Assembly (NCBI GenBank): GCA_043745325.1
Contig: JAYTTL010000343.1
Location: 1 to 47,426 of the forward strand
Reading direction: 5' to 3'
Length of the DNA: 47,426 bases
From: Actinomycetes bacterium
GTDB lineage: Bacteria; Actinomycetota; Actinomycetes; Nanopelagicales; Nanopelagicaceae
A program made the translations under genes and the position numbers. Shown here piece after piece: positions 30,014-42,099 of this stretch. The stretch's first letter is position 1; each line of letters opens with the position of its first letter. The notes under the pieces were generated by a model. It was not told the origin of the DNA and searched no databases. It saw nothing but the letters and a program-made list of their open reading frames with translations.

Positions 30014-30892
30014 ATGAGCATTGTTGTCATTGGAGTTTTCGATGGAGTTCATAGGGGACACCAAGAGGTTCTCAACCATGCCAAAGTAATTGCAGGTGAT
30101 AAAAAAATCATTGCGCTGACCTTTGACCCACATCCAACAACTGTTTTAGCTCCCAAGCACGCGCCAACATTGTTGACAATTCTTACCGATCGCATCGAGC
30201 TATTAAAGATCCATAACGCTGATCAAGTTGCCGTTATGAAGTTTACGCCGGAGTTTGCTGCAATGAGCCCTGAGGATTTTGTTAATAAAATTCTGGTGGA
30301 TCAGTTACATGCTACAAAGGTAGTCGTCGGCAAGAACTTTACTTATGGCCATAAGGCCGCAGGTAACGTAGATTCACTAAAAAAACATACTGAGTTTGAA
30401 ACTATTGTTCTAGATCTGGAACCTTCCGATGGTGAGCCTATTTCGTCAACGCGCATTAGAAGACTTATCGTCGAGGGAGACGTTGAAAAGGCGCGCGAGC
30501 TTTTGGGGCGCCCACATCGCTTAGATGGAATCGTTGTCCATGGCGAAAAACGCGGACGTGAAATTGGATATCCAACGGCCAATTTGGGAGATCTTGAGAA
30601 TCAAACAATTCCAGCCGATGGCGTCTATGCCGGTTGGTTAGCTGTTGGAATCGATCGTTGGCCGGCCGCGATTTCAATAGGTACTAATCCCACATTTGTA
30701 GGTGTTCGAGGGCGACAAGTTGAGGCGTATGCCCTTGATCAAGTTGATTTAGATCTCTACACAAAAGCGGCAACGATTGAATTTGGTTGGCGTCTGCGAG
30801 ACACCCTCAAATTCGATAGCCTGCAACAGCTGCTAGATCAAATTACCAAAGACTGCGAAAGAGCCCGTGAACTAACCGAACTTCTATATTGA
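30014..30892 (+). CDS. ribF: Bifunctional riboflavin kinase/FAD synthetase (start 30014 or 29999)
   Basis: IGVFDGVHRGHQ, TFDPHP, ISSTRIR, GYPTAN and SIGTNPTF motifs. Confidence 0.96.
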   Translation: MSIVVIGVFDGVHRGHQEVLNHAKVIAGDKKIIALTFDPHPTTVLAPKHAPTLLTILTDRIELLKIHNADQVAVMKFTPEFAAMSPEDFVNKILVDQLHATKVVVGKNFTYGHKAAGNVDSLKKHTEFETIVLDLEPSDGEPISSTRIRRLIVEGDVEKARELLGRPHRLDGIVVHGEKRGREIGYPTANLGDLENQTIPADGVYAGWLAVGIDRWPAAISIGTNPTFVGVRGRQVEAYALDQVDLDLYTKAATIEFGWRLRDTLKFDSLQQLLDQITKDCERARELTELLY

Positions 30893-30924
30893 TACTTCAC
30901 TACGAACGTCCGTTGACTTGTGTC

Positions 30925-31196
30925 ATGGAAATAAGCGTGCGTGAGTTCGCGGTTCGGAAAAGAGTCGCCTCAGGAGCCGGTTCAAAAAAATGAAATTAGA
31001 CAATGATCCTGTTCTGCTATTGAACTCTTGGCTACGAGGGCGAGCTGAAATTCAAAATTACACAATTAATTTAGTGGACTTACCCAATTTGGCAAGTGAT
31101 ATGAATGTGATTCCATCGGGAGTCAGTGACTCAAGAAGTGGTATTTCTAGTCAGGATTTCTTCGAGGGCTACGTGCTCAAAAAGGATTTAGCCTAA
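30925..31196 (+). pseudogene. Remnant of an HTH-containing AbiEi-like antitoxin/regulator
   Basis: Fragment MEISVREFAVRKRV (excisionase-HTH-like start, stop at 30993), then in another frame WLRGRA...DL..L..D..VIPSGVSD...EGYV...DL, a pattern I recognise from actinobacterial HTH-AbiEi-like proteins (unverified). Confidence 0.45.
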
Positions 31197-31220
31197 CACA
31201 ACAGCGCACGTGAACAGTTT

Positions 31221-31376
31221 CAGACGGAAAGTTTGATTGGTGCCCTCATCATCAACTCCGCTGCATTCTCCAATCCTCTAGATCGCGCAAGAGATAGACA
31301 CTTAGAAGATATTGCCTTGCTTTCCACATTGCCTACTGCAGTGGCAACGAAGTACGGCGTTGCACGGGGGAGGTAA
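31221..31376 (+). pseudogene. C-terminal fragment of an AbiEii-like nucleotidyltransferase toxin
   Basis: SLIGALIINSAAFSNPLDRARDRHLEDIALL resembles the LLGAL..K.AA...D.RD..RH..D motif of actinobacterial AbiEii-like proteins. No N-terminal domain. Confidence 0.45.
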
Positions 31377-31519
31377 TTCCTGTTGCCATGCTTCACATGG
31401 TGCCACATTAAGTGATCCATTACAGCCTGCTAGTGGGTGAGAGTTAAAAGACTCTCAAAGCTTCATTGCCTAAAATGTTACAAACTGTTTCGCCGGATGT
31501 TTTTGGCTAATATATTGGT

Positions 31520-32698
31520 ATGAAAACTTCAGTAATCGTGGCCGGTGCTCGGACTCCGATTGGCAGATTTAATGGTGCGTTGAAGAGTTTTAGCGCATCT
31601 GACTTAGGTGGATTGGTGATTAAAGCCGCGATAGAGCGCGCAGGAATTTCATCAAGCGACATTCAATATCTCATAATGGGACAGGCGCTACAGGCAGGCG
31701 CTGGGCAAGGTCCCGCGCGCCAGGCCGCAATTAAAGCTGGCCTTCCTTTGAATGTTCCTTCAATCGTAATTAACAAGCTCTGTATCTCTGGGTTAAATGC
31801 GATTGCACTTGCAGATCAACTCATCCGTGCCGATGAATATGACGTGATTGTTGCAGGTGGCATGGAATCTATGACCAATGCACCGCATTTATTAATGAAT
31901 TCTCGTGACGGCCTCAAACTTGGCGATACCGTTATGAAAGATTCAATGATCCATGATGGACTTTTCTGCAGTATCGATCACATGGGCATGGGTGAGGCGA
32001 CTGAGAAATATAATTCACGATATAACTTGACCCGTGAAGTACAAGATGAATTCTCATACCAATCCCATTTTCGCGCAGCAAAGGCTCAAGCCGAAGGTGT
32101 TTTTGATAATGAAATAGTCCCAGTAGAGATCATTGATCGAAAGGGGAATATGATCCTTTTCACGGCCGATGAGGGAGTTCGTTCAGGGGTTTCCCGAGAA
32201 ACGCTTTCAGGGTTAAAGCCAGCTTTTTCTCCATCGGGAACTATTACCGCGGGGTCGGCTTCGCAGATTTCAGATGGCGCAGCAGCAGTTGTCGTCATGT
32301 CAAAGGAAAAAGCCATTGAACTAGGAATCGATTGGCTAGCCGAAATTGGTTCACAGGGGATGGTAGCCGGAGACGATGCCTCACTTCACGAGCAGCCTTC
32401 TGATGCGATTAGGCAGGCGACAAGAAAAGAGGGGATAGGGATAGAGCAATTTGATTTTGTTGAAATTAACGAAGCATTTGCGGCGATTGGCATTGTTTCA
32501 TCAAATGCATTAAACCTTGATTTTTCCAGAGTGAACATCCACGGAGGCGCCATAGCCCTTGGTCATCCTCTCGGCATGTCAGGGGCCAGACTGGCTTTAC
32601 ATGTCGCGCTTGAACTTAAGAAAAAGGGGAGTGGGTACGGAGTCGCAGCCCTCTGTGGCGGCGGGGGCCAGGGAGATGCGTTAATTTTGAAGCGTTAA
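31520..32698 (+). CDS. Acetyl-CoA C-acetyltransferase (thiolase)
   Basis: ARTPIG, NKLCISG, GGMESM, NEAFA, GGAIALGHPLG and LCGGGGQG motifs; catalytic residues intact. Confidence 0.96.
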   Translation: MKTSVIVAGARTPIGRFNGALKSFSASDLGGLVIKAAIERAGISSSDIQYLIMGQALQAGAGQGPARQAAIKAGLPLNVPSIVINKLCISGLNAIALADQLIRADEYDVIVAGGMESMTNAPHLLMNSRDGLKLGDTVMKDSMIHDGLFCSIDHMGMGEATEKYNSRYNLTREVQDEFSYQSHFRAAKAQAEGVFDNEIVPVEIIDRKGNMILFTADEGVRSGVSRETLSGLKPAFSPSGTITAGSASQISDGAAAVVVMSKEKAIELGIDWLAEIGSQGMVAGDDASLHEQPSDAIRQATRKEGIGIEQFDFVEINEAFAAIGIVSSNALNLDFSRVNIHGGAIALGHPLGMSGARLALHVALELKKKGSGYGVAALCGGGGQGDALILKR

Positions 32699-32747
32699 CC
32701 TCGGTTTCACGTATTCACAGTTTCGCAAATTACCCACGCACCCACAG

Positions 32748-34293
32748 TTAGAGATCCATTTGAATGCCAAGTGTAATTACTCGACTTTCAGGTAGACCGA
32801 AGTAGGTTGAGGCGGTAGCGGAATTTCTGTGGAGAATTGCGAAAACTTTTTCGGTTAATCCACTTAAGGCACCATGTGATGACTCAACAAACTTTCTATT
32901 TTGAGCATTGGATTAGCACTCATAACTGGAACATCCCCTTGAATGACGGTAACTATCAAAATATTCGCCGGACAAGAGTGCAGATTCTTTAATTGTGCGG
33001 CAAGGGCCTGCGGAACTTTAGTCACAGTGGTTGATAAATAGATGCCAGTACCTGGAATGATTGCAATGGTGCCAGTTGCAATATTGCTTTCAACATCGGC
33101 CCAAGTGATTACTTGCTCCCGGACGGCTAGCTCGAGTGACTTTTGTCCTTTGCGCCAAACCCACATCACATAAGTTATTAAGAGGCCTATTAAAAGTGGA
33201 ACCCAAGCACCTTTTAGAATCTTCGTCACTGTTGCTAGGAAGAAGGCAATATCGACTATTAACAAAATTGGCATTCCAATTCGTAAAACGTTTTTGTTCC
33301 ATTTCAGTTTTTCCACAGCATTGTTGCCGAGATTGCAAATGAGTATGCATTAGCCAAAGCACTCGATGTTCGAAAGTTAATGACTAGAAAAATGGCGCCA
33401 AGTCCAACAATGAGATTGACGATTGGTACATAAATTTGTCCCGCAATAACACTGCTTGTGTGAATAATTTTCATTCGTGGAAGGAGTCCAAGTCGTTCTG
33501 CCTGCCTCGAAAGTGAGGCGACGCCAGTGATGAGTGCTTGAGAAGCGATTATTGTTGCAAGAGTGGCAAGAATAACTAAGTAAACTCTCATCGAATTATT
33601 TGTTGCCAGGGCAAAGAATAGATTTTCCTTGGTTCCGGGATTTTTTAAAGCGATGACCGCCTGACCAATATATTCAATGGCATAACTTGGCCACAGAGCA
33701 TGAACTACTTCAGGTCGAAGCCGTATCTGCTGAAAACCTAAGAAACCTATAGTGACAAACCAGATAAGGATTATTGGGCCAAAAATCTCTCCTATTGCAT
33801 TGCTGCCCTTGTACTGGAAGGCAAATAAAATAACAAGAATCAACAATGTTAGTGGAACAGACCAATGCGCAAGGCCAGGATTTATTGCTGCGATCCCTTC
33901 GGTAGCCGATAAGACTTAGATCGCTGGCGTAAGCATTCCGTCTACTACCAAGAGAGCAGTACCAAGCATGAGGAGAATTACGAAAATATATCGTGCGCCC
34001 TTTGTCGAATTTCTAACTCGGCCCGGCAGAAGCGCAAATAGAGAGAGAATTCCGCCTTCACCATTGTTGTCGGCGCGCAATACGATTGTCAGGTATTTCA
34101 ATGAAACGACGAGCATGAGCGACCAAAAAATGAGAGAGACAACACCATAAATGTCATAGACGGTTGAACCGGCTGTCTCAAGTGATTGGTGAAGCGCGTA
34201 GATCGGGCTGGTTCCAATATCCCCAAAAACAACTCCCAGAGCCCCTAATGTGAGCATGCCTAAAGAGCCTTGTTTTATGCTTGTCTGCGCTAT
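32748..34293 (-). pseudogene. kup: Kup/KT potassium transporter pseudogene
   Basis: ALGVVFGDIGTSPIY and ADNNGEGG motifs; in-frame TAA in TPAI*VLSATEG (33916-33918); the TGAEALYADMGHFG segment is missing; frameshifts near 33310 and 32880; C-terminus EKVFAILHRNSATASTYFGLPESRVITLGIQMDL* ends at 32748. The probable original start now reads ATA behind a GAGG SD. Confidence 0.93.
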
Positions 34294-34409
34294 TTCCTCG
34301 CCTCCCTGATTGCTTTACAAGCAATGAATGGCCAGACGTGCAATCTCAACGCTGAGCGCCCTATCGGTAGGCCCGAATGATATTCGATTTCCCCTATCCA
34401 CAGCCCCAC

Positions 34410-34418
34410 TGGTAGCCT
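34410..34418 (+). promoter_or_regulatory. Extended -10 promoter of rpsO
   Basis: TGG-TAGCCT about 80 nt upstream of rpsO. Confidence 0.55.
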
Positions 34419-34424
34419 TTGTAT

Positions 34425-34498
34425 CCAACGAGAAAGCGATTTTCCGTGAGGTACACCGGAAAACCCCGTTTCCATCAGAATAATAGGAGCACGAACGC
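34425..34498 (+). promoter_or_regulatory. rpsO 5' leader (candidate S15 autoregulatory RNA)
   Basis: Hairpin TTTTCCG (34440-34446)/CGGAAAA (34457-34463) upstream of SD AGGAG. S15-binding leaders are established upstream of rpsO in several phyla. Confidence 0.5.
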
Positions 34499-34768
34499 AT
34501 GGCACTAACACCAGAGGCAACCGCGGCAATCGTGGCAGAGTACGGATCGACTCCTACTGATACGGGAAGTCCTGAGACCCAGGTCGCTTTGCTATCCAAG
34601 CGCATTGAAGAGATCACTACACACTTAAAGACCAACCCACATGACCACCACAACCGTCGTGGTTTATTGCTGCTCGTTGGACGTCGCCGTCGAATTCTTC
34701 AGTATCTCGCAAAGACAAACATCAATCGCTACCGTGCGATTATCGAAAAGCTCGGTATTCGCCGCTAA
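34499..34768 (+). CDS. rpsO: 30S ribosomal protein S15
   Basis: [26 protein letters not shown] motifs. Confidence 0.99.
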   Translation: MALTPEATAAIVAEYGSTPTDTGSPETQVALLSKRIEEITTHLKTNPHDHHNRRGLLLLVGRRRRILQYLAKTNINRYRAIIEKLGIRR

Positions 34769-34785
34769 ACACAAGTAATACCCAC

Positions 34786-34890
34786 CCACTAGAGGATCAA
34801 TGGTCCTCGGTAGTGGTTTCCGCAAGTGCCGTATGTTAAGAAGGCGTGCGTGAACTTCGATCGGAGATTCATTGTTATTTCTCGGTGTGG
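34786..34890 (+). ncRNA. Actino-pnp cis-regulatory RNA / RNase III stem in the pnp leader
   Basis: GGTCCTCGGTAGTGG...CTTCGATCGGAGA matches the actinobacterial pnp leader motif as I recall it, enclosed by an outer stem (CAATG/CATTG); lies between rpsO and pnp. Confidence 0.8.
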
Positions 34891-34946
34891 TGGCCCGAAG
34901 CGCAGATAGTTGAAACCAACTATCTCCACATAACAAAGGAGGACCC

Positions 34947-37166
34947 ATGGAGGGTCAAGAGGTTCAATCAGCCATTGCAGTCATTGATAACGGAAAGTTT
35001 GGAAAACGAGAGATTCGTTTTGAAACAGGACGCTTAGCGCGTCAAGCAGCGGGAGCTGCAGCAGTATTTCTAGACGATCAGACAATGATCTTCTCGGCAA
35101 CAACTGCATCAAAGACACCAAAGGATCAATTTGATTTCTTTCCTTTAACAGTTGATGTTGAAGAAAAGATGTATGCAGTTGGTCGTATACCAGGATCATT
35201 CTTTCGCCGTGAGGGTCGCCCATCAGAAGATGCGATTCTGACCTGCCGTTTGATCGATCGCCCATTGCGTCCATCATTTGTAAAGGGACTTCGCAATGAA
35301 GTTCAGATCGTCGTGACTGTAATGGCCCTCGATCCAGATCATATGTATGACGTAATCGCGATTAACGCCGCATCAATGTCAACACAACTTGCAGGTCTGC
35401 CATTTTCTGGCCCCATCGGAGGCGTTCGCGTTGCTTTAATTGATGGTCAGTGGGTTGCATTCCCTAATCATTCGCAGGTTGTTAACGCAGTCTTTGACAT
35501 GGTTGTTGCAGGACGCGTTGCTGGAGATGACGTTGCCATCATGATGGTTGAGGCAGAGGCTACGGCTAAGACAATCGAACTCATTAAGGGCGGAGCACCG
35601 ACTCCAAATGAAGAAGTTGTTGCACAGGGGTTGGATGCTGCGAAGCCATTCATCAAGATTCTCTGTGATGCACAGGCCGAGCTTGCAAAGGTGGCTGCTA
35701 AGCCAACTGCAGCCTTCCCTGTATTTCTTGATTACCAAGATGATGTATTTGCCGCCGTTGAAAAGGCTGCGGGAGCAGATCTTGCCGCCGCGCTTTCTAC
35801 AACAGGCAAGCAAGAGCGCCAAGCAAAGATTGACGAAGTCAGCGACTCTGTAAAAGCCTCAGTTGGAGCAGAGTTTGTGGGACGCGAAAAGGAAGTCCCA
35901 GCGGCTTTGCGATCATTAACTAAGAAGCTCGTTCGTCAGCGCGTACTGCGCGACAAGATCCGTATGGATGGTCGCGGTCTGCGTGATATTCGTGCGCTCT
36001 CTGCCGAAGTAGAAGTTATTCCACGAGTTCACGGCTCTGCAATATTTGAACGCGGCGAGACACAGATTCTTGGAATCACAACACTTAACATGCTCAAGAT
36101 GGAGCAGAAGTTAGATACTCTCAATCCTGAAAATCATAAGCGTTACATGCATAACTACAACTTCCCACCATATTCAACGGGTGAGACTGGTCGTGTTGGT
36201 ACACCTAAGCGTCGCGAAATCGGCCACGGTGCGCTCGCCGAGCGTGCATTGATTCCAGTACTTCCAACGCGCGAAGAGTTCCCTTATGCAATTCGCCAAG
36301 TCTCAGAGGCGCTTAGTTCAAATGGATCAACATCTATGGGCTCAGTCTGCGCATCAACCCTTTCGTTGTATAACGCAGGCGTTCCTTTGCGTGCACCGGT
36401 TGCAGGAATTGCAATGGGTCTGATCTCTGACACAGTCGATGGAAAAGTTGAGTACGTAGCGTTGACAGATATTCTTGGAGCAGAAGATGCTTTCGGTGAT
36501 ATGGACTTTAAAGTTGCGGGCACAAAAGATTTTGTTACTGCGTTGCAGCTAGATACAAAGCTCGATGGAATTCCTGCATCGGTTCTTGCCGCCGCCCTTC
36601 TTCAAGCAAAAGAGGCACGTTTAGCGATCCTTGAAGTGATGAATGAGGCAATCGATGGCCCAGATGAGATGAGCCCATTTGCTCCACGCATTATCTCGGT
36701 CAAGATTCCCGTTGATCAGATCGGCGCAGTAATCGGGCCCAAGGGCAAGATTATTAACCAGATTCAAGCTGATACTGGCGCAGATATCTCTATCGAAGAT
36801 GATGGCACGATCTATATCGGCGCAGTTGATGGCCCATCGGCCGAAGCCGCGCGCGCACAGATCAACGCCATTGCCAACCCTCAGATGCCTGAAGTTGGCG
36901 AGCGCTACCTAGGTACGGTCGTAAAGTTGGCCGCCTTTGGTGCCTTCATTTCATTGATGCCCGGTAAAGATGGGCTTTTGCATGTATCTCAGATTCGAAA
37001 GATGCATGGCGGAAAGCGTATTGAAAACTTAGAAGAGGTCATGAAAGTCGGCGACAAGATTCAAGTTGAAATCGGCGAGATTGATCCAAAGGGCAAGTTA
37101 TCTCTTGTTCCAGTAATGGAAGATGGCACTGCTACTTCTGATTCAACCGGGAGCAGCGCCGAATAA
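34947..37166 (+). CDS. pnp: Polyribonucleotide nucleotidyltransferase (PNPase/GPSI)
   Basis: [43 protein letters not shown] motifs; KH and S1 domains. Confidence 0.99.
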   Translation: MEGQEVQSAIAVIDNGKFGKREIRFETGRLARQAAGAAAVFLDDQTMIFSATTASKTPKDQFDFFPLTVDVEEKMYAVGRIPGSFFRREGRPSEDAILTCRLIDRPLRPSFVKGLRNEVQIVVTVMALDPDHMYDVIAINAASMSTQLAGLPFSGPIGGVRVALIDGQWVAFPNHSQVVNAVFDMVVAGRVAGDDVAIMMVEAEATAKTIELIKGGAPTPNEEVVAQGLDAAKPFIKILCDAQAELAKVAAKPTAAFPVFLDYQDDVFAAVEKAAGADLAAALSTTGKQERQAKIDEVSDSVKASVGAEFVGREKEVPAALRSLTKKLVRQRVLRDKIRMDGRGLRDIRALSAEVEVIPRVHGSAIFERGETQILGITTLNMLKMEQKLDTLNPENHKRYMHNYNFPPYSTGETGRVGTPKRREIGHGALAERALIPVLPTREEFPYAIRQVSEALSSNGSTSMGSVCASTLSLYNAGVPLRAPVAGIAMGLISDTVDGKVEYVALTDILGAEDAFGDMDFKVAGTKDFVTALQLDTKLDGIPASVLAAALLQAKEARLAILEVMNEAIDGPDEMSPFAPRIISVKIPVDQIGAVIGPKGKIINQIQADTGADISIEDDGTIYIGAVDGPSAEAARAQINAIANPQMPEVGERYLGTVVKLAAFGAFISLMPGKDGLLHVSQIRKMHGGKRIENLEEVMKVGDKIQVEIGEIDPKGKLSLVPVMEDGTATSDSTGSSAE

Positions 37167-39175
<2,009 letters not shown>

Positions 39176-39189
39176 AGGGAGAGAAAAAG

Positions 39190-39447
39190 ATGTCACAAAG
39201 TCAGATCACAATGTATAGCGCCGATTGGTGCGGGGATTGCCGTCGTTCAAAGCGTTTGATGGATGAACTCAATGTCGCGTACACACTTATCGACACTGAA
39301 GCAGATCAGGCCGCGGCCGAAAAAGTGAGAGAGATAAATGGTGGAATGCAATCCATTCCGGTAATCGTATTTGCCGATGGCACGCATTTAACGGAGCCAT
39401 CAGATAACGACCTGAAGGCCAAACTTACTTCGCTTGGAATAATCTAG
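39190..39447 (+). CDS. Mycoredoxin/NrdH-like glutaredoxin
   Basis: MY..WCGDC active site, N.G.QSIP and DG..LTEP motifs; SD AAGGGAG. Confidence 0.88.
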   Translation: MSQSQITMYSADWCGDCRRSKRLMDELNVAYTLIDTEADQAAAEKVREINGGMQSIPVIVFADGTHLTEPSDNDLKAKLTSLGII

Positions 39448-39752
39448 AACCAGTTATAAATCGCCGCCGAAGTAAGCGCGGCCGATAGAACGACAACAGG
39501 GAAAGGTGCTTTCAATGAGAGTGCCAAAACTGCGACCGCCACACCAGCAAACCTGTGATCAATGACTAGTTTACTTTTCTCAGTAAAGCTTTGCACAGCC
39601 ACGAGTGCGCTCAATAGGGCAATAGGTATAAGTGCGTTGATGCGTTGAATCTTTGGATTTTCTAACCAACGTTGCGGTATGGAATGCCCTAAATATTTAA
39701 GTATAAACGCGATAATACTGGTGCCCATTGTTGCAATCCAAAATGCACTCAT
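39444..39752 (-). CDS. azlD: AzlD-family branched-chain amino acid exporter small subunit
   Basis: Small hydrophobic protein with LK..G..IP and PIALLSALVAVQ; overlaps the azlC stop (ATGA). Confidence 0.85.
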   Translation of the reverse strand: MSAFWIATMGTSIIAFILKYLGHSIPQRWLENPKIQRINALIPIALLSALVAVQSFTEKSKLVIDHRFAGVAVAVLALSLKAPFPVVVLSAALTSAAIYNWF

Positions 39753-40411
39753 CGTCGTAACCCTACGAAGATAGCGATAAAAGCGGTTCCTATAATCGGC
39801 AGACCCGCGGGCAAAAATGGCGTCATTACTAAGGCAAAAATAATTGATGCAATTGCCAAAATTCGCTCCCGCTGGCTCTCAAGACGGGGCCACACTAAAC
39901 CTAAAAATGCCGCAGGCACCGCTGAATCCAGACCCCATGCGCGTGTATCACCCATAGCTTGGGCGCCGAGCGCCCCCGCTAATGTAAATAAGTTCCAGAA
40001 AAAAAAGACACCAAAACCCGTTAACCAAAAACCATGTCGCATTGCACTTTCGCTACGTTTTTCTGCACCCAATGCAACTCCGGTGGATTCATCGATCGTT
40101 ATGTGTGCAGCAATCACCCGTTTAAAACCCTTGACTTTTAATCGCGGCGCCATGATTACGCCATAGATACCGTTTCGTACACCAAGGAGTGAAGCCGTTG
40201 CAATGGCGCTCACAGCGCTGCCTCCAGCACCTATGACTCCCACGACGGCAAACTGTGATGCACCTGAAAAGGTAAGGAGGGAGAAGAGGCAACTCTGCAA
40301 AACTGTGAAACCATTCGCAACCGAGGCAGCTCCGAAGGCGATGCCGTAAGCGCCGACTGTGAGGGAGACACTCAATGAATCTCGTACTGTGATGGCTTCA
40401 ACTTTGGACAC
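39749..40411 (-). CDS. azlC: AzlC-family branched-chain amino acid exporter
   Basis: YGIAFGA, FSGASQF, RN..YG, IDES and GLD...PAAFL motifs. Confidence 0.9.
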   Translation of the reverse strand: MSKVEAITVRDSLSVSLTVGAYGIAFGAASVANGFTVLQSCLFSLLTFSGASQFAVVGVIGAGGSAVSAIATASLLGVRNGIYGVIMAPRLKVKGFKRVIAAHITIDESTGVALGAEKRSESAMRHGFWLTGFGVFFFWNLFTLAGALGAQAMGDTRAWGLDSAVPAAFLGLVWPRLESQRERILAIASIIFALVMTPFLPAGLPIIGTAFIAIFVGLRR

Positions 40412-40470
40412 GCAGACAGTCTGCCTTAGAAATCCGAAGCCACCAAGGCGACAAAAGATAGGGTCACACT

Positions 40471-41190
40471 ATGGCCGAAGAGATTGTTTACCGTGATGAT
40501 GTAACTGTCGAGCTTATTAAATCCAGTGCAAGTGATGCCGATGTTATTTGGGCCGCTCGTGTATCAACGGCTGGAGAACAGTCGATGGAGGAAATTGGAG
40601 AGGATCCATCTCGTTCAGCTGGCCTCATAAACTATCTGGCGCGCGAGCGTCATGGATCGCCATTTGAGCATACATCAATGACTTTTTTTATCTCAGCTCC
40701 AATATTTGTTTTTCGTGAATTCATGCGCCATCGCATCGCCTCGTACAACGAAGAGAGTGGGCGTTATCGAGAACTTCGACCTGTTTTTTATATTCCATCT
40801 AGATCTAGAAAACTTTTGCAGGTAGGAAAAACTGGTGCTTATACCTTTGAAGATGGGACTCAAGCACAGTTTGAACTTTCGGTTGCGGCCATGAAAACCG
40901 CCTATATCGCAGCATATGAGAGTTATCAAAAGATGCTCGAAGCCGGCATCGCCCGTGAAGTTGCGCGGGTAGTTTTGCCCATTGCAACGTACTCTTCGAT
41001 GTATGTAAGCATGAATGCACGTGCGTTAATGAATTTTTTATCACTTCGAACGTCGCGCGAAGGTTCACACTTTCCGAGCTACCCTCAACGTGAAATTGAG
41101 ATGGTTGCCGAGAAAATGGAGGCAGAATTCGCTAGATTAATGCCGATTACATACGGTGCTTTTGAAAAATCAGGACGTATCGCGCCTTAA
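40471..41190 (+). CDS. thyX: FAD-dependent thymidylate synthase
   Basis: HGSPFEH, REFMRHRIASYNEESGRY (RHRX7S), EVARVVLP and NARALMNFLSLR motifs. Confidence 0.98.
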   Translation: MAEEIVYRDDVTVELIKSSASDADVIWAARVSTAGEQSMEEIGEDPSRSAGLINYLARERHGSPFEHTSMTFFISAPIFVFREFMRHRIASYNEESGRYRELRPVFYIPSRSRKLLQVGKTGAYTFEDGTQAQFELSVAAMKTAYIAAYESYQKMLEAGIAREVARVVLPIATYSSMYVSMNARALMNFLSLRTSREGSHFPSYPQREIEMVAEKMEAEFARLMPITYGAFEKSGRIAP

Positions 41191-41209
41191 AAAGGGTAGA
41201 GTTAGGCTC

Positions 41210-42097
41210 ATGAATACTCCAGCGCCCTTTGGTCGAATGTTGACCGCGATGGTCACTCCTTTTAATAAAGATGGAAGTATCGATTGGAACGGCGTAGAAA
41301 AAATCGCCGATCACTTAGTCCAAACCGGCCATGACGGCATCGTTGTTAACGGCACAACTGGTGAAGCCCCTACGACGAAATCCTCTGAAAAAGAAGAGAT
41401 TATAAAAGTAGTCAAGAAAGCCGTCGGTTCAAAGATTAAAGTTGTCTCTGGTGCCGGTGATAATGAGACCGATTATTCCATTAACCAGGCCAAGCGCTCT
41501 GAAGCCGCGGGCGCCGATGGTATTTTGGTTGTGACTCCATATTACAACAAGCCCCCACAAGCTGGAATCAAGGCACATTTTTTAGCGATGGCTAATGCAA
41601 CGGGCCTTCCCATGATGATCTACGACATTCCTGGTCGAACCGGGGTAGAGATTGAATCCGACACAATAGTTGAACTCTTTGAACACCCCTCAATCGTGGC
41701 GCTTAAAGATGCCAAGGGAAATGTTGCCGCAACATCATGGGTCATCAAGCGATGTGGGATTCCGGTCTACTCTGGTGATGACATTTTGAATTTGCCACTT
41801 CTATCCGTTGGAGCGGTCGGCTTTGTTTCAGTCTGCGGACACACCGTGGGAGCAGATTTGAAAGCCATGCTCAACGCGTGGTTTGATGGAAACCCCGTGC
41901 GCGCACTTGAGATACATCAAAAACTTCTTCCCGTATTTACCGGAACGTTTCGAACGCAAGGCGCAATTATGTCTAAGGCTGCGCTAACTCTTATGGGCCT
42001 ACCTGGCGGACACACACGTCTTCCCCTCGTTGATGCAACTGATGCGCAAATTTCCCAGTTGCGCGATGATCTGCGCGCCGGCGGCGTTGCAATTTAA
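41210..42097 (+). CDS. dapA: 4-hydroxy-tetrahydrodipicolinate synthase
   Basis: TAMVTPF, GTTGE, PYYNKP, YDIPGRT and KDA motifs. Start placed at ATG 41210, after the thyX stop. Confidence 0.97.
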   Translation: MNTPAPFGRMLTAMVTPFNKDGSIDWNGVEKIADHLVQTGHDGIVVNGTTGEAPTTKSSEKEEIIKVVKKAVGSKIKVVSGAGDNETDYSINQAKRSEAAGADGILVVTPYYNKPPQAGIKAHFLAMANATGLPMMIYDIPGRTGVEIESDTIVELFEHPSIVALKDAKGNVAATSWVIKRCGIPVYSGDDILNLPLLSVGAVGFVSVCGHTVGADLKAMLNAWFDGNPVRALEIHQKLLPVFTGTFRTQGAIMSKAALTLMGLPGGHTRLPLVDATDAQISQLRDDLRAGGVAI

Positions 42098-42099
42098 TA

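Noticed and set aside
32864-33918. Programmed readthrough or frameshifting, or a split multi-gene kup
   Set aside because: Essential conserved segments are physically deleted and there are multiple lesion types, which fits a pseudogene.
34294-34440. Possible c-di-AMP (ydaO) riboswitch or KdpE-type site upstream of kup on the minus strand
   Set aside because: The conserved ydaO elements (GCTGAATCC, GGGGAACC, CCCGTCAGCTAAC) are not present. A single GCGTTGAGAT is too weak to call an operator.
34290-35037. Several short ORFs around rpsO (34290-34529, 34315-34653, 34664-34948, 34846-35037)
   Set aside because: They overlap rpsO, its leader and the pnp leader RNA, and show no protein motifs.
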